Part shown: positions 13,066 through 25,189 of the stretch, one piece after another
Layout: every line of letters begins with the position of its first letter
How positions within the stretch are numbered: position 1 is the stretch's first letter
From: Geosiphon pyriformis uo1
Lineage: Eukaryota > Fungi > Glomeromycota
Assembly: GCA_016748015.1 (NCBI GenBank)
Contig: JAAOMT010000384.1
Span: 186,001 to 250,000, forward strand
Length of the DNA stretch: 64,000 nucleotides
Direction: 5' to 3'
Notes under the pieces: model-generated
The model's database searches: none
What the model was told of the DNA's origin: nothing
Seen by the model: the letters and a program-made list of their open reading frames with translations, nothing else
Translations under genes and position numbers: made by a program

Positions 13066-13467
13066 CATACCTGATTCCAACATAGAACAAAACTACTCCA
13101 ATAATAACACTTGGAAAATTGGTACTGTTAATGTTAGAGGGCTTAATAATTCTGGTAAAGCTAAAGAGGTGCTATGTTAGGTTATTGAAGAACAATTTGA
13201 CTTTGTGATTGTCACTAAAACTAAAATAACTCCAACAAAAGAAAAGGGTGTATTTTTTGGTTCTGATAAATATCATGTCTTTTGGAAATCAAGTACAGAG
13301 AAACAAATGAGAACTGGTGTTGATATACTGGTCAAAAAATGTTGGATACACCATGTAGAAACAATCAAGGTGTTTTATGAAAGGTTATTGCATTTGGGGT
13401 TGAAATTTAGAGGAAGAATAAGTGTACACATAGTAGGACTGTACATGCTTGCTTCCAAAGTGCCTAC
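13055..13467 (+). pseudogene. LINE ORF2 N-terminus (APE endonuclease, first part)
   Basis: ATG at 13055 overlaps the ORF1 stop; WKIGTVNVRGLNN motif; continues at 31715. Confidence 0.88.
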
Positions 13468-14440
13468 TGTTACTGGAGGTTTTTGGTCTCTTCTTAGCTC
13501 TTGTATGTTTGTTGTAATACTGTTAATTCACAATTATGGGAAGTGTTTGAACCTTTGATAACTGAATTTATCTTCAAATTATCTCCTATAATTTGAACTG
13601 TTGGGCTTATAAGTAGAATGGCCAATTCCATACCAGTTGCTTTGTGTAGTTACATTGTAGCAAACATCAACTCTTTCCCAGGAATTGCTTGTCTGGAAGC
13701 TCACTAAAAATGTGTAGTTACTTTGCTGTGAAAGTCAACTTTTCTACAGGAATCTCGTCTGTAGGCTACCCTAATGATTATAATAAGAAAATAAAAGAAA
13801 AAAAATAAAAGAAATGTAAAAGAAATAGAATTCTATCAAGGGAAACGTTTTCTATTCAGGCCTGAAGTCACTAACAGTTTACTGAAATTGGTAGCTAATC
13901 AATTTCAAAATGTTAGTTGGGTTTTGGAGATTTTCCAAGTGTAATAATTAAAGAATTTGGTTTTTTGAATTATTTGATATTTATTTCTTTTTGTGTGTGT
14001 AAAAATGGTTCTAAGAGATAAATCTAAAGTAAGATACATTTTTTCAAAGAGAGAAGCTCTTCTTTTATACAACTTGTCATAATATTATTCTATGAACTTG
14101 AACTTTGCTCTTTTCTATAATTTCGTTGAACTAAAGATATATTTTGGTGAACTACAAGTTATTTCTGCAAACTATTAAATATTTCAGTGAACTATCAATT
14201 ATTTTGGCAAATTTCTACAAATTTCGGCAAACTCTTAAATATTACATATTTCAGAGTATTGTATGATTAATCATCGCAATTAGGTTATATTTATGTTATA
14301 TACAAATTGGATTATTAATTAAACAATAATTTCAGATATTTTGTTAAATGTAATAAGTGATAATTTGAAATGCTAATTAATAATAAAAATTATAAGAGTA
14401 ATTTCATGCTAAGCAATATCTCTTATTTTGTCTGGTAACA
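13468..14440 (-). repeat. A1 3' LTR
   Basis: TGTTAC..GTAACA; direct repeat of 30770-31710. Confidence 0.96.
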
Positions 14441-15130
14441 TAACCTCCTCCTTAAGACTGAGCTCCATCGAAGTCCAAGTACTGTCTGTAATTTCCAGAT
14501 AATAATCCAAAATTATTGAAGAAATTTGGTCTGAAAATTGTTGAAATTTCAGTTCTGTAAGTTTTCCAATGTATTGAATCTTTAAAGGTTGTAAAATTGG
14601 GTTTTGTAGTACGTTTTCACAGATGTGGAATAGGTCATAAAGTCTAAGAGCAGCTCTGAGCCTGTAGCGACTGTTTGTTGATCCAGCTGTTGTCTTAAAT
14701 TTGTTGTGGAGTTGTTTCTGAATAGCTTCTTTTGTGAGGTTTGCTGTTGTAAGTTCCAGTTTCTGTTCATAGAGTGTTTTTCCAATGTGAAAATATCAAT
14801 ATATTGGAGTATAGTTATAGTTTTTTTTATTAAGACACAGTTGAAGTTTTTGTTGAATAATAGCATTTGGTGGAATACTAATAGGAGTGAGCATTAAGTT
14901 TTCTCTTAAAGCAAGCTTTAAAAGTTCTGGCAGGTAAATTCCAGAATAACTTCTTGTGTTCTTCTTATATGGGTGATATTTTCGTGAATTTGGGGCTAAA
15001 TTTGTAACTACTTCTGTTTGGGTATAATTAATGTGGTTTCCAGTAACAGTAATAGATAATTTGGGTATTGTTTTTAAAGCTAACATTAGTTTTTGGGATA
15101 ATTGTTAAATGTTTTAAGGAATCGTTATTA
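14409..15130 (-). pseudogene. Family A extra 3' ORF (ORF3), ~230-240 codons, unknown function
   Basis: Manual translation: one frame from ~15130 to TAG at 14409-14411, broken only by TAA (15114-15116, 15105-15107) and TGA (14796-14798), each explicable by C>T; aligns by eye with family B ORF3. Confidence 0.75.
14441..14454 (-). promoter_or_regulatory. Polypurine tract of A1
   Basis: AAGGAGGAGG(TTA) immediately before the 3' LTR on the minus strand. Confidence 0.85.
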
Positions 15131-15684
15131 TAAGAGATTTGAAATAAAAGAAAATTATTTTTGATGTATGGGTTTTTATGTTATTTTTGCTTTGTTTTTG
15201 TGAGATTGTTTCTAAATTATAGGAGATAACTATAATAATAAATTTAAGTTAAGTGTTCAAGTTGGGAGGTTGTTTAATGACAACTATTGGTTCTAAATTT
15301 TAGGGAATATCTTCAGGATTGATTACAGGAGAATGTGTACCAATTTGTGGAATTAATGGTTCAGAATTGTTTCTGGAATTATAGTGTTTCAAACAATCTC
15401 CATGTGCAACTTTTACTAAGATTTTGTCATCAAGTCTTAGCTTGTATGATCCATTGCCTAGGACTTCATGAATAAAAAATGGTCCATCCTATTTATTTTC
15501 AAATTTTCCACTCCATTGTTTTTCAGCTTTAGTTCTGTGTAAGAGAACTTTGTTTCCGATTTTAAATTTATTGGTAACTGGAGGCAATTTGTTGTCATGC
15601 TGTTCTTTTTGTTAAGCTTGAGAGTGTTTAATATGGGTGGCTGCTATTTGTTGTTTTCCTTTCAATGTACTAAGCAGAGTGTAG

Positions 15685-16665
15685 TATTACTGGAGGTTTT
15701 TAGTCTCTTCTTAGCTCTTGTATGTTTGTTGTAATGCTGTTAATTCACAACTATAAGAAGTGTTTGAACCTCCAATAACTGAATTTATCTTTAAATTATC
15801 TCTTATAATTTGAATTGCTGGGCTTATAAGTGGAATGACCAATTTTATGCCAGTTGCTTTGTGTAGTTACATTGTAGTAAATGTCAACTCTTTCCCAGGA
15901 ATTGCTTGTCTGAAAGCTCACTAAAAATGTGTAGTTACTTTGCTATAAAAGTCAACTCTTCTACAGAAATCTTGTCTGTAGGTTACCCAAATGATTATAA
16001 TAAGAAAATAAAAGAAAAATAAAAGAAATGTAAAAGAAAATTGAATTCTGTCAAGGAAATTGTTTTCAATCCAGGCCTGGAGTCACTAACAGTTTATTGA
16101 AATTGGTAACTAATCAATTTCAAAATGTTAGTTGGGTTTTGAGAATTTTCCAAGTGCAATAATTTAAAGAATTTGGTTTTTCGAATTATTTGATATTTAT
16201 TTTGTTTTTGTGTGTAAAAGATGATTCTAATTGTTAAATCTGAAGTAAGATATAATTTCTTGAAGAGAAAAGCTCTTCTTTTATACAACTTGTCATAACA
16301 CTATTCTATAAACTTGAACTTTGCTTTTTTCTACAATTTTGCTGAACTAAAGATACATTTTAGTGAACTACAAGTTATTTCTGTGAACTATTAGATATTT
16401 CAGTGAACTATTAATTATTTTGGTGAATTTCTACAAATTTTGGTGAACTTTTTGAATGTTACATAGTTCGGGGTATTGCATGATTGATCATCGCAATTAA
16501 GTTACATTTATGTTATGTGCAAATTGGATTATTAATTAAATAATAATTTCGGATATTTTGCTAATGTAATAAGTGATAATTTGAACAATAATATATGCTA
16601 ATTAATGATAGAAATTATAAAGATAATTTCATGCTAAATAATATCTCTAATTTTGTCTGGTAACA
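15685..16665 (-). repeat. Solo LTR, family A
   Basis: TATTACTGG..GGTAACA; TSD GTAG at 15681-15684 and 16666-16669. Confidence 0.95.
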
Positions 16666-17306
16666 GTAGGCTCTTTGTTGTAGTGTTTTCTGAAAGTTGT
16701 TTTTATTAATTGGTTGTACTGGGTATGTTTCTATTGTGAAACTAATTGGTAACGTTGCTGTTCTTCTGTAGGTTAAATCAAATGGTGTGTATTTTGTGGT
16801 ATCTTGTTTTAGTGTTCTATATGCTAGTAACACTGATGGAATAAAGAGATCTCATTCTTGCTCAAAATCAGTTGAGACTTTGGCTAATGATTCATACAAT
16901 GTTCTGTTAAAATGTTTTACAAATCTATTTGTTTGTAGATAATAGAACAAAGATAATGGTCTTTTAAAATTAAATTGTCCACAAATTTCCTGGATTAAAT
17001 TGTTTACGAAATGTGTTCCTTGATCAGATAAAAGGTGTATTGGACATTCATGTCTACAAATAATGTTTTCATAGATGAAGTTTGCTACTGATTTCACATC
17101 TGCTCATTGAATAGCTCTGGTTTCAGGCCATTTGGTGAAATAGTTTATAGCTATTGCAATATAACGGTTTTCTTGGTTTGTGATAGAGAGTGGTCTGACT
17201 AAATCAATACCAACTCAGTCAAAAGACTGTCCAACTTTAATTGGGTTTAAAAGTTCTGTAGGACGAGTTCCTTCTCTTCTTTGACAACTATCACAAGACT
17301 TAATGT

Positions 17307-17938
17307 TGTTACAGTTGAAACCCATAATTTTTATTAGTTATTACATGTATTAGCCACTGATGTCATATAATTAGCCACTTTATTTTTAGATAGTAATTAT
17401 TGACCTGGTCATTGACCACTTTCATTAATTATATAAGCAATGAGTCTCTTAGCTGTAGAAAATCATCTTTCAGACAAGAATCAAATAAATAAAAATAACA
17501 ACTTTTATCTCAATCACTCTTTTATCGCTAATTTCCCTTTCCCTGCCTTCAAGTATTCGAACATCTTAGGATAAAAGATTACTTGTTGGCCTTTTCCTGT
17601 TTGAATAATTGTAGTATTTGAAGACTATTTGTATAAACATAACTGAAAAGCACAAGTTAATACCTGATATTGAATTCTAAGAGAACCGATGTGAAGGCAT
17701 AGAATTAATACCAGCAGTGATCAATTGTTGACAGTACGGACTATCTTTCTACCTTCAGATTCCCTTGTTACCTTTTGAAAAGAATAGCGACTAAGATATT
17801 TTATAAGACTGATCTCACACATTGAATCCATACTCATTCAATTCACTCATTGAAGTTGAATCCCCTTTGATTATTTCCATCACCCTACAATCCTGTTCTC
17901 CCTTGCTATCTGTTAGCTTGTTACTCCAACCCATAACA
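17307..17938 (+). repeat. B2 5' LTR
   Basis: TGTTACAG..CCATAACA; TATATAA ~17430; AATAAA ~17485. Confidence 0.95.
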
Positions 17939-17944
17939 TAAAAG

Positions 17945-17961
17945 TGGTGCTTCCTGTGAAG
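17945..17961 (+). promoter_or_regulatory. Primer-binding site of family B (elongator tRNA-Met-like, tentative)
   Basis: TGGTGCTTCCTGTGAAG here and TGGTGCTCCCTGTAAGG at 45527; complementary to a tRNA ending ..CCUCACAGGGAGCACCA. Confidence 0.7.
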
Positions 17962-17990
17962 TTGTCAAAATTCACTTATTCCCTCATTGT

Positions 17991-19590
17991 ATGAGTAATT
18001 ACTCATATCTGCCATAGCAATCAGAAGAACACTTTGCAGCACACAACAGAAACGACCTAGATTTCATTGAACTTAATCCTCTGCCCTTCTGTTTGATCTG
18101 CTTTCCCATTGAAGAACAATCTAGCAGACAATTCCAAGACTTTTGGAACTGGTTCCTAAATAAGCATTTAGCTGAAGCCTATACAACTTATACAACCTAT
18201 TACTTTGATCAAGCTTATTTTGAAGATAACTTTGAAGAAAAAAACAACAGTATCAATCAGCTCTTATATTCTGCAACCTTTGAACAACAGTCCCCTGATT
18301 TCAAATATCTGAATCATCAAATCCACATTTGGATTGCTGCTCATCAATTAACAATAACTCTTCTTGAAACAGAAGAAGAAAACTACCAAACAGCCCCTAT
18401 TTTTGATCTCTTCTTAAGTAAATCAGAGCACTTCACACAAACAGTAACTCTTAAACCAATGGCCCAAGATCCAATGCAAGTAAACATCCTGGCCATCCTC
18501 CAAGGCATACAAACTGCTTTGAGATGAAGAAACAACACCCCACTACCCCTATTCAGAGGTAATATCCAAGATCCAATTGAATGGTTAGATGATTTTGAAA
18601 GAGCAGCCACTGCAAACCAGTATGATGATGAATACAAGTTCCAAATTGTTGGTGACTACCTCCAAGGCTCCTCTGCTACCTGGTTTTCACAAAAAACCAA
18701 TGCTGGTGCTCAACAAAAAATTGTTAGATTGACCCCAGCAAATATTGGAGAAAACAATACCTCTTTCATTACCCAGTTTGAAAACAAATTCAGAATCCCC
18801 ATCTTAATATCCAAATGGCGTATGGAATTAGAAAGAAAAACCCAAGGTCCTGGTGAAATTGTGACTGAATATGCCAAAGCAATCAGAAAACTCATCAAGC
18901 ATGTAGACTTTGGTAGAAACTGGACTGAAGAGCAAAAGATCTATTCCTTCACAAAAAGATTGAGAACTGATTTATTGTATGCTCTTTGGCCTCTCTTGGC
19001 TCTGAAAGACAACCCTACAATGAATATGGCTATTGAACTCAAAGAATGCATCTGGGATCCATACTTCCAATTTTCACTCCTGCTTCTGTCATGGCCTCCG
19101 CTCCTCAAGTGGCTGCTACTTCTTTTGCTGTTTAAACCCAAGACCCAAATGAACAATTAATAGATAACTCACAGCTAACCTTGCCCGGTTATTAGAACTG
19201 TTGGCACAAGCAGTCAGAGATAACCAGCAACCACCAAGACCTAGATATGAATCTCATTTTAACCAGCCCCAGCAACCTCCCTATCAAAGACAGCAAAATC
19301 GTGGCCCACCTGTGTGCTATCATTGTGGATTAACTGGACATTATTCAAGAAATTGTAACAATTCTCCACTGCCTCTTCCAGCTTCCAGAAACAATGACAA
19401 CCAAAACAACAGACCCAACAACAACAACAATGTCCCCAATCAAAGACCTAATCATGCCAACATCAATTTCTTTGAAGAGGATCTCCTAGTTGAAGCCACT
19501 GTTTATCAGCCTTTAAACTGGCAGGTGCACTTCCAAAGGGTAAGAGTGCAAGCCAACCAGAAGAAAACCCCTTTTACGCTTTTAACTTAA
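17991..19590 (+). pseudogene. gag: B2 gag (capsid and CCHC nucleocapsid), disrupted
   Basis: FRGN.QDPIEWLDDFE; QGPGEIVTEYAK; CYHCGLTGHYSRNC. Confidence 0.9.
19512..19550 (+). promoter_or_regulatory. Putative -1 ribosomal frameshift signal (U_UUA_AAC plus hairpin)
   Basis: Heptamer in gag phase, 7 nt spacer, TGCACT..AGTGCA stem; the -1 frame is open towards protease; conserved at 47102-47140. Confidence 0.8.
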
Positions 19591-22500
19591 CTAATGATGA
19601 CCATGACATAGATGAACTAGCAATCAACACTCCAGAACCAACCAGAAAGAAGAAGAAAGCCAAGGTTGATTTTGTTCTAGACCCCAACAAAGCCTCAACT
19701 TCTGCCGCTAATAACAATGAGCCACCAAAGACTAAAGTTTTTAAAAATCCTCCAAAGTTAGAACCCCCAGAATTGTACAAAAATCTGGACCCTATTCTGT
19801 TGTCAAAGATCTCATGGAAACCCCAGCATGTATTACCTTTGGCCAGTTAATGACCCACCTACAGTTCAGAAAAAATCTTCACAAATCCTTGATTCCAAAG
19901 AAGAAGACACCAAAAACCAACAAGCACTCTCACCAAGTTGAACTTGCTGACAACAGCAATGTCACCCTTCTGATTTGTAAAGCCCAAGTGGCTGGATACT
20001 TTATTGACTTAATTCTGGACAGTAGATCATCTGTTAGTGTCATTGTCAAACACTTCTTGGAAGCAATTAGTAGAAAGCTTGATGAACCTTCCACCAGACC
20101 AATGACCAATGTACATGATGACAAAAAGAAAGGACTGGGTATTGCCAAAGCTGTTCCTGTCTGCATCAATAGAATCAGCATTGAAACTGACATGGAAGTT
20201 TCTGAAGCCAAGGAATACACCATCATTGTTGGCAATGAATGGCTCAAGAAAGCAAAAGCTTTGCTTGATTATGAACTTTGTGAATTAACCATCAGATGTG
20301 GTGAGAAACCCATTGTGGTTAAGTGTCGCCATTGGACAACTCTCCCAGTACCCAAACAAAACCAAGAAGAAGAACAATCAGATGAATCAGATGATGAAGA
20401 AAGCGATGAAAAAGAAGAACAAGAAGAGCAAGAAGAAACTGCTGAACTTGCCTATACCACCTTCACCAGCAATGGCAAACCACTGGATAATGTTAAAGCA
20501 GACAAAAAAGAAATCATTGTAAATGGCAAGCTGATCTGCTGGCCTTATTATGATATTCTTAGAAGAACCTTTGAAAGAAAATCTGGCAAGAAAGCCAAAT
20601 ACAGTTTTTGGTGGCATGGTCTTTGTGCCCAGTGTTGGTGCAACAAATCCTTGTATTCTCCAAGTGATAAATGCAAATCATGCCTGATCTATTACAGAGA
20701 TTGGGAACCAATCAGTTTGATACCCAGAGAAGAATTGAAAAAAGTACAGAAGTTTTTTGAGAATGAACCACCTGAGATTTAATTACTGGCTGTAAACAAA
20801 AAAAACTCTCCCCAGAAGAAAGAAAAATAGACATTGAAAATTTGCTGGCTAAAAATAGCCCAGTTATTTCCAAAGAAGGTGATACCCCTAGATGTACCCA
20901 TGTGATACAACACACCATCACCACCAGAGAAACTCAATCCATCTATTTGAAGCCTTATCAATCCAATCGGCACAATAATGAGTTTATCAAGAAAAAAATA
21001 AACCAGATGAAAGAACTTGGATTCATACAAGAAACCAAGAATAAATGGGCTTTTCCAGTTGTAGTGGTATTCAAGAAAGGTGGAACACTATGCTTTTGTG
21101 TTGACTACCACCAATTAAATGCCATCATTGAAAGAGACATGTACCTATTTTCCAAGATTGATGCAATGTTAGACCAATTCAAAGATGCTGCTTTCTTCTC
21201 AACCATTAACTTAACTGCTGAATTCTGGCAAGTAGAGATGGATCCAGAAAGCAGAAAGAAAACTGCCTTTATCACCAAGTATGGCACCTATGAATTCACA
21301 GTCATGCCTTTTGGTCTTACCAATGCCCACCTTTCAATGCTTAATAGATAAAGTATTTGAATCAGTCAAGGAAAACTTTGTTTTAGTCTATTTGAATGAC
21401 ATAATAGTATATTCAAAAACCTGGAATGAACACCTGAAACATTTGCAAAAGATTTTTGACCTCCTCAGAAATGCTGGCCTCAAGATCAACCCAATCAAAT
21501 CTTTCTTTGGAAGACAATCCACCCAGTTCCTTGGTCATCTTATCACAAAAGATGGAATCTTTCCTGACCCAGCCAAAGTTGAAAAAGTCCAAAACATCAA
21601 ACAACCAATGAACATTCATAAACTATGCTCTTTTCTTGGTTTGGCCTCTTATTATCACAAATTTGTCAAGGGTTTCTCCAAAATCGCCTCTCCTTTCAAT
21701 CAGCTATTCAGGAAAAATGTCAATTACCATTGGGGAACACATCAGCAAAAAGCCTTTGAAACTTTAAAAGAAAAACTGGTTACAGAACCCATCCTCAAGC
21801 AACCTAATCTAGATCGACCCTTTATCCTCCACACTGATGCATCTGGCTTTGGACTTGGTGCTGTTCTCTCCCAAAAAGATGAAGATGGCAAAGAACATGT
21901 CATAGCCTATGTCAGTAGAACTCTTTCTCCAGCAGAACAGAACTATTTGGTAGTAACAGATCACCAAGCTTTGGTTTGGCTGTGCAACAAAAAGAGGCTA
22001 GAACACAAATGGATAACTCGCTGGATACTCCATTTGGATGAATTCAACTATGATATTCAACATCACAAAGAAGCTAATCATCAAAATGCTGATGCTTTTT
22101 CCAGATTTACCATCCAGTAACAGAACAACCCTCTCAAACCAAACCAACTTAATTATTAGTAATTTCCCTTTTTGACAAACATGATAATGGACTTGGACAA
22201 CTACTCTGCCTTAATAGAATTTTTGGGTAAAGGACAATACCCACCAAAATACACATGACAACAAAGAGAACATTTGCGCAAACAATCAAATTTCTATTTG
22301 ATTCGCCAGAACCAACTTTATAAAAGAAATAAAAAAGATCCTGACCACCCCCAGAGAGTCATCAGATTTGAAAAAAGAGAAATTGTGATCTACAATATGC
22401 ACATTGATCCATTAGGTAGACACTTTGGAAAAACAAAAACAATTCAGAAAACTTTAACTCACTATTATTGGCCTACCTTAGGAAAAGACATTGCTGAATA

Positions 22501-23499
22501 CATCAAAACCTGTAATATCTGCCAAAGAAAAGGAAAACCCAATTGCAAAGAAGATATCCATCCAATCTCTGTTGGTCAACCCTTTGACAGAATTGGTATA
22601 GATGTTGTTGGAACTTTAACAATAACTCCTGATGGCAACAGATACATTATTACAGCTACCGACTATCTTACAAAGTGGGTAGAAGCAAGAGCCACTTCAG
22701 ACCAAACAGCAGTCTCAATAGCCAATTTCATTTATGAAAATAACATTTGTCACCATGGCTGCCCAAAGAACTTTTATTTGACAGAGGAAGAGCTTTTCTT
22801 AGTACACTTGTTAAAGAACTTTGCAGAAAAATGGGAATATGTCACAAACTTTCCTCTCCTTATCACCCCCAAACAAATGGCCTAGTGAAACATTTCAATA
22901 GAACACTATGTGAAACCCTAGCCAAAACCAGTGAAGAAACAAACTTATGGGACAAAGTACTACCTTCAGTCTTGTTTGCTTATAGAACTGTGAATCATGA
23001 CATAACAAGTTATGAACCTTTTTATCTACTCTATGGATGAATGGCAACCCTATCAATAAAAACTGACATTGAGACAATATCTTTTGAAAAAATAACAATA
23101 GAAAATTACAGAGACATTTTGCAAAAAAGACTTGGTACTATTCTTGACTCATTAGTAGAAGCATGGATAATTGCATTTGAAAAGTTAAAACAATTTCAAA
23201 AGAAGCTTAAGAAAAAGAAAACATATAAAACACTTTTCTTAAGTGTTGGTAACTTAGTTTTAGAATACCGTTCAGACAGAGACAATGTTTATAGTGATAA
23301 ATTCTCTAGCTGGTGGAGAGGACTCTTTATAGTCAACAAAGTCTTGAACAATGGTTCTTATATCTTACAAGATCAATATAAAACAATCTTCAATGATCAT
23401 CCTGTTCATGGCACACGACTCAAGAAATATCACAAATGACTTAATTGGTTACCTGTTATGGTAATACTGACCCAAATGATCAACAAAAATCAGATATAA
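19519..23499 (+). pseudogene. pol: B2 pol (protease, RT, RNase H, integrase), with frameshifts and stops
   Basis: LILDS(G)SS; YL(D)DIIVYS; LHTDASGFGLGAVL; H..H..CNIC; FDRIGIDVVG; ~25 codon RNase H deletion near 21945 relative to 61060-61145. Confidence 0.93.
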
Positions 23500-23540
23500 A
23501 TAAATGCACCATTCCCAAAACAGAGGTATCTTCAATCAAC

Positions 23541-24197
23541 ATGAACAATTATTTCCTAGATCAAAACATTCAAAACGCTTTCTACACTCTCCATGAGTAC
23601 TGGATCAAAAATTATCCAAATGCTACTTTGACCATTGGAAAACAAACCACCATAACTGATAACAGTGGAACATATACTGTTATTAGACCAAAGAAAACCA
23701 CTACCAGAAGAGAAAAAATTGGTAGTAAAATGGATAAGTATTTGCTGGAAAGCATAATAGCAACAATACTTATACCTTCCATGACAATTAGAAAAACGAT
23801 TAAGGAAATCTTGCCCATAGACAAAAACTTGTCATATGAAAGACAACTAGAACTCTATGGTCATCTTGGTGAAATCATAGAAGAAATAAAGCTCATGAAG
23901 AAAACAACTTCAGAAATACAAGTGAAAATTTTGGGCATTATACATTTAGATGTCCCAAGAGTTTTGACCATTGCAAAAAGAGCCAAAACTCTTATACAAA
24001 GATTTGGTCTCTTGGATACAAAGCTTATTTCGCCTCAAGTACTATACACTCTATTCACAAAAGACTTCAACAAACTAGTTAGTTTTGAGTTAGACAAAAC
24101 CCTTCAATTAGAATACCCTATAAATAGCTTGATTTTGCTGGAGCTCAATCTCTTTGGAAAGGATGATGTTATGATTGAAACCCATAATTTTTATTAG
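23541..24197 (+). CDS. Family B extra 3' ORF (ORF3), intact, 218 aa from the first ATG, unknown function, not env-like
   Basis: Open frame 23445-24197 after integrase, present in three copies; runs through the PPT (24156-24166) into the 3' LTR. Confidence 0.8.
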   Translation: MNNYFLDQNIQNAFYTLHEYWIKNYPNATLTIGKQTTITDNSGTYTVIRPKKTTTRREKIGSKMDKYLLESIIATILIPSMTIRKTIKEILPIDKNLSYERQLELYGHLGEIIEEIKLMKKTTSEIQVKILGIIHLDVPRVLTIAKRAKTLIQRFGLLDTKLISPQVLYTLFTKDFNKLVSFELDKTLQLEYPINSLILLELNLFGKDDVMIETHNFY

Positions 24198-24807
24198 TTA
24201 TTACATGTATTAGCCACTGATGTCATATAATTAGCCCTATTTTTAGATAGTGATCATTGACCTAGTTGTTGACCTGGTTGTTAATCACTTTCATTAGCTA
24301 TATAAGCAATGAGTCTCTTAGCTGTAGAAAATCATCTCTCAGACAAGAATCAAATAAATAAAAATAACAACTTTTATCTTAATCATTCTCTTATTGCTAA
24401 TTTCCCTTTCTCTACCTTCAAGTATCCGAACATCTTAGGATAAAAGATTACTTGTTGGCCTTTTCCTGTTTGAATAATTGTAGTATTTGAAGACTATTTG
24501 TATAAATGTGACTGAAGAGCACAAATTGATACCTGATATTGAATTCTAAGAGCACTAACGTAAAGACATAGAATTAATACCAGCAGTGATCAATTGTTGA
24601 CAGTATGGACTATCCCTCTACCTTTAGATTCCCTTATTATCTTTTGAAAAGAATAGCGACTGAGATATTTTATGAGACTGATCTCACACATTAAATCCAT
24701 ACTCATTCAATTCGTTCATTGAAGTTGAATCCCCTTTGATTATTTCCATCACCCTACAATCTTGTTCTCCCTTGCTATTCATTAGCTTGTTACTTCAACC
24801 CATAACA
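24167..24807 (+). repeat. B2 3' LTR
   Basis: Direct repeat of 17307-17938, preceded by GGAAAGGATGA. Confidence 0.95.
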
Positions 24808-25189
24808 ATATATTCATAAATGTCTTTTCTCATTTGAGACCAAAAATAATATTCTAGTGTTCTCTGGGTGGTGCTGTTTTTTCTTAGGTGTGCTAATGAA
24901 GGGTCTGAGTACATGTTATATAAAATGGTTTTTTTTTCATGTTCTTGTATTAATCTGAGTGGATTGTCTGGGTTTCTGAAGTTTCGATAATAAATCATGT
25001 TGTTGTGTAAGAAATATTGTTTGGCTTGTTGTTGTAACCGATGTTTTTTATCTGAGGACCAATCTGTTGAGATTGTTAATGTCTCCAAATATTGTTTAAG
25101 ATTGTTGTAGTTTTTGGGATTCATTGTTTGTTGTTTTGTTGTTAATTCAAATGGGTGTTGGTTTTGTATTCTAATTTTGCCTCATTCTT

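Larger units (their letters stand above)
17307..24807 (+). mobile_element. Structurally complete Ty3/Gypsy family B element (B2), 7.5 kb
   Basis: LTRs 17307-17938 and 24167-24807; TSD ATGT/ATAT; PBS; PPT; gag-PR-RT-RH-IN-ORF3. Confidence 0.96.
15249..25124 (-). pseudogene. A1 integrase, split by the solo LTR (15685-16665) and B2 (17307-24807)
   Basis: Rejoined frames read RKDIYEYI|KSCDSCQ and QQRAY|TLLSTL; LSDQGTHF; GPFFIHEVLGNGSYKL (GPY/F); no chromodomain seen. Confidence 0.9.

Noticed and set aside
14582-14866. 94 aa ORF in the track downstream of the A1 integrase
   Set aside because: Alternative frame; the frame similar to family B ORF3 is the continuation of 14796-15086
23541-24197. 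ORF3 as an envelope gene
   Set aside because: No signal peptide, furin-site/fusion-peptide arrangement or transmembrane anchor is visible, and it is short
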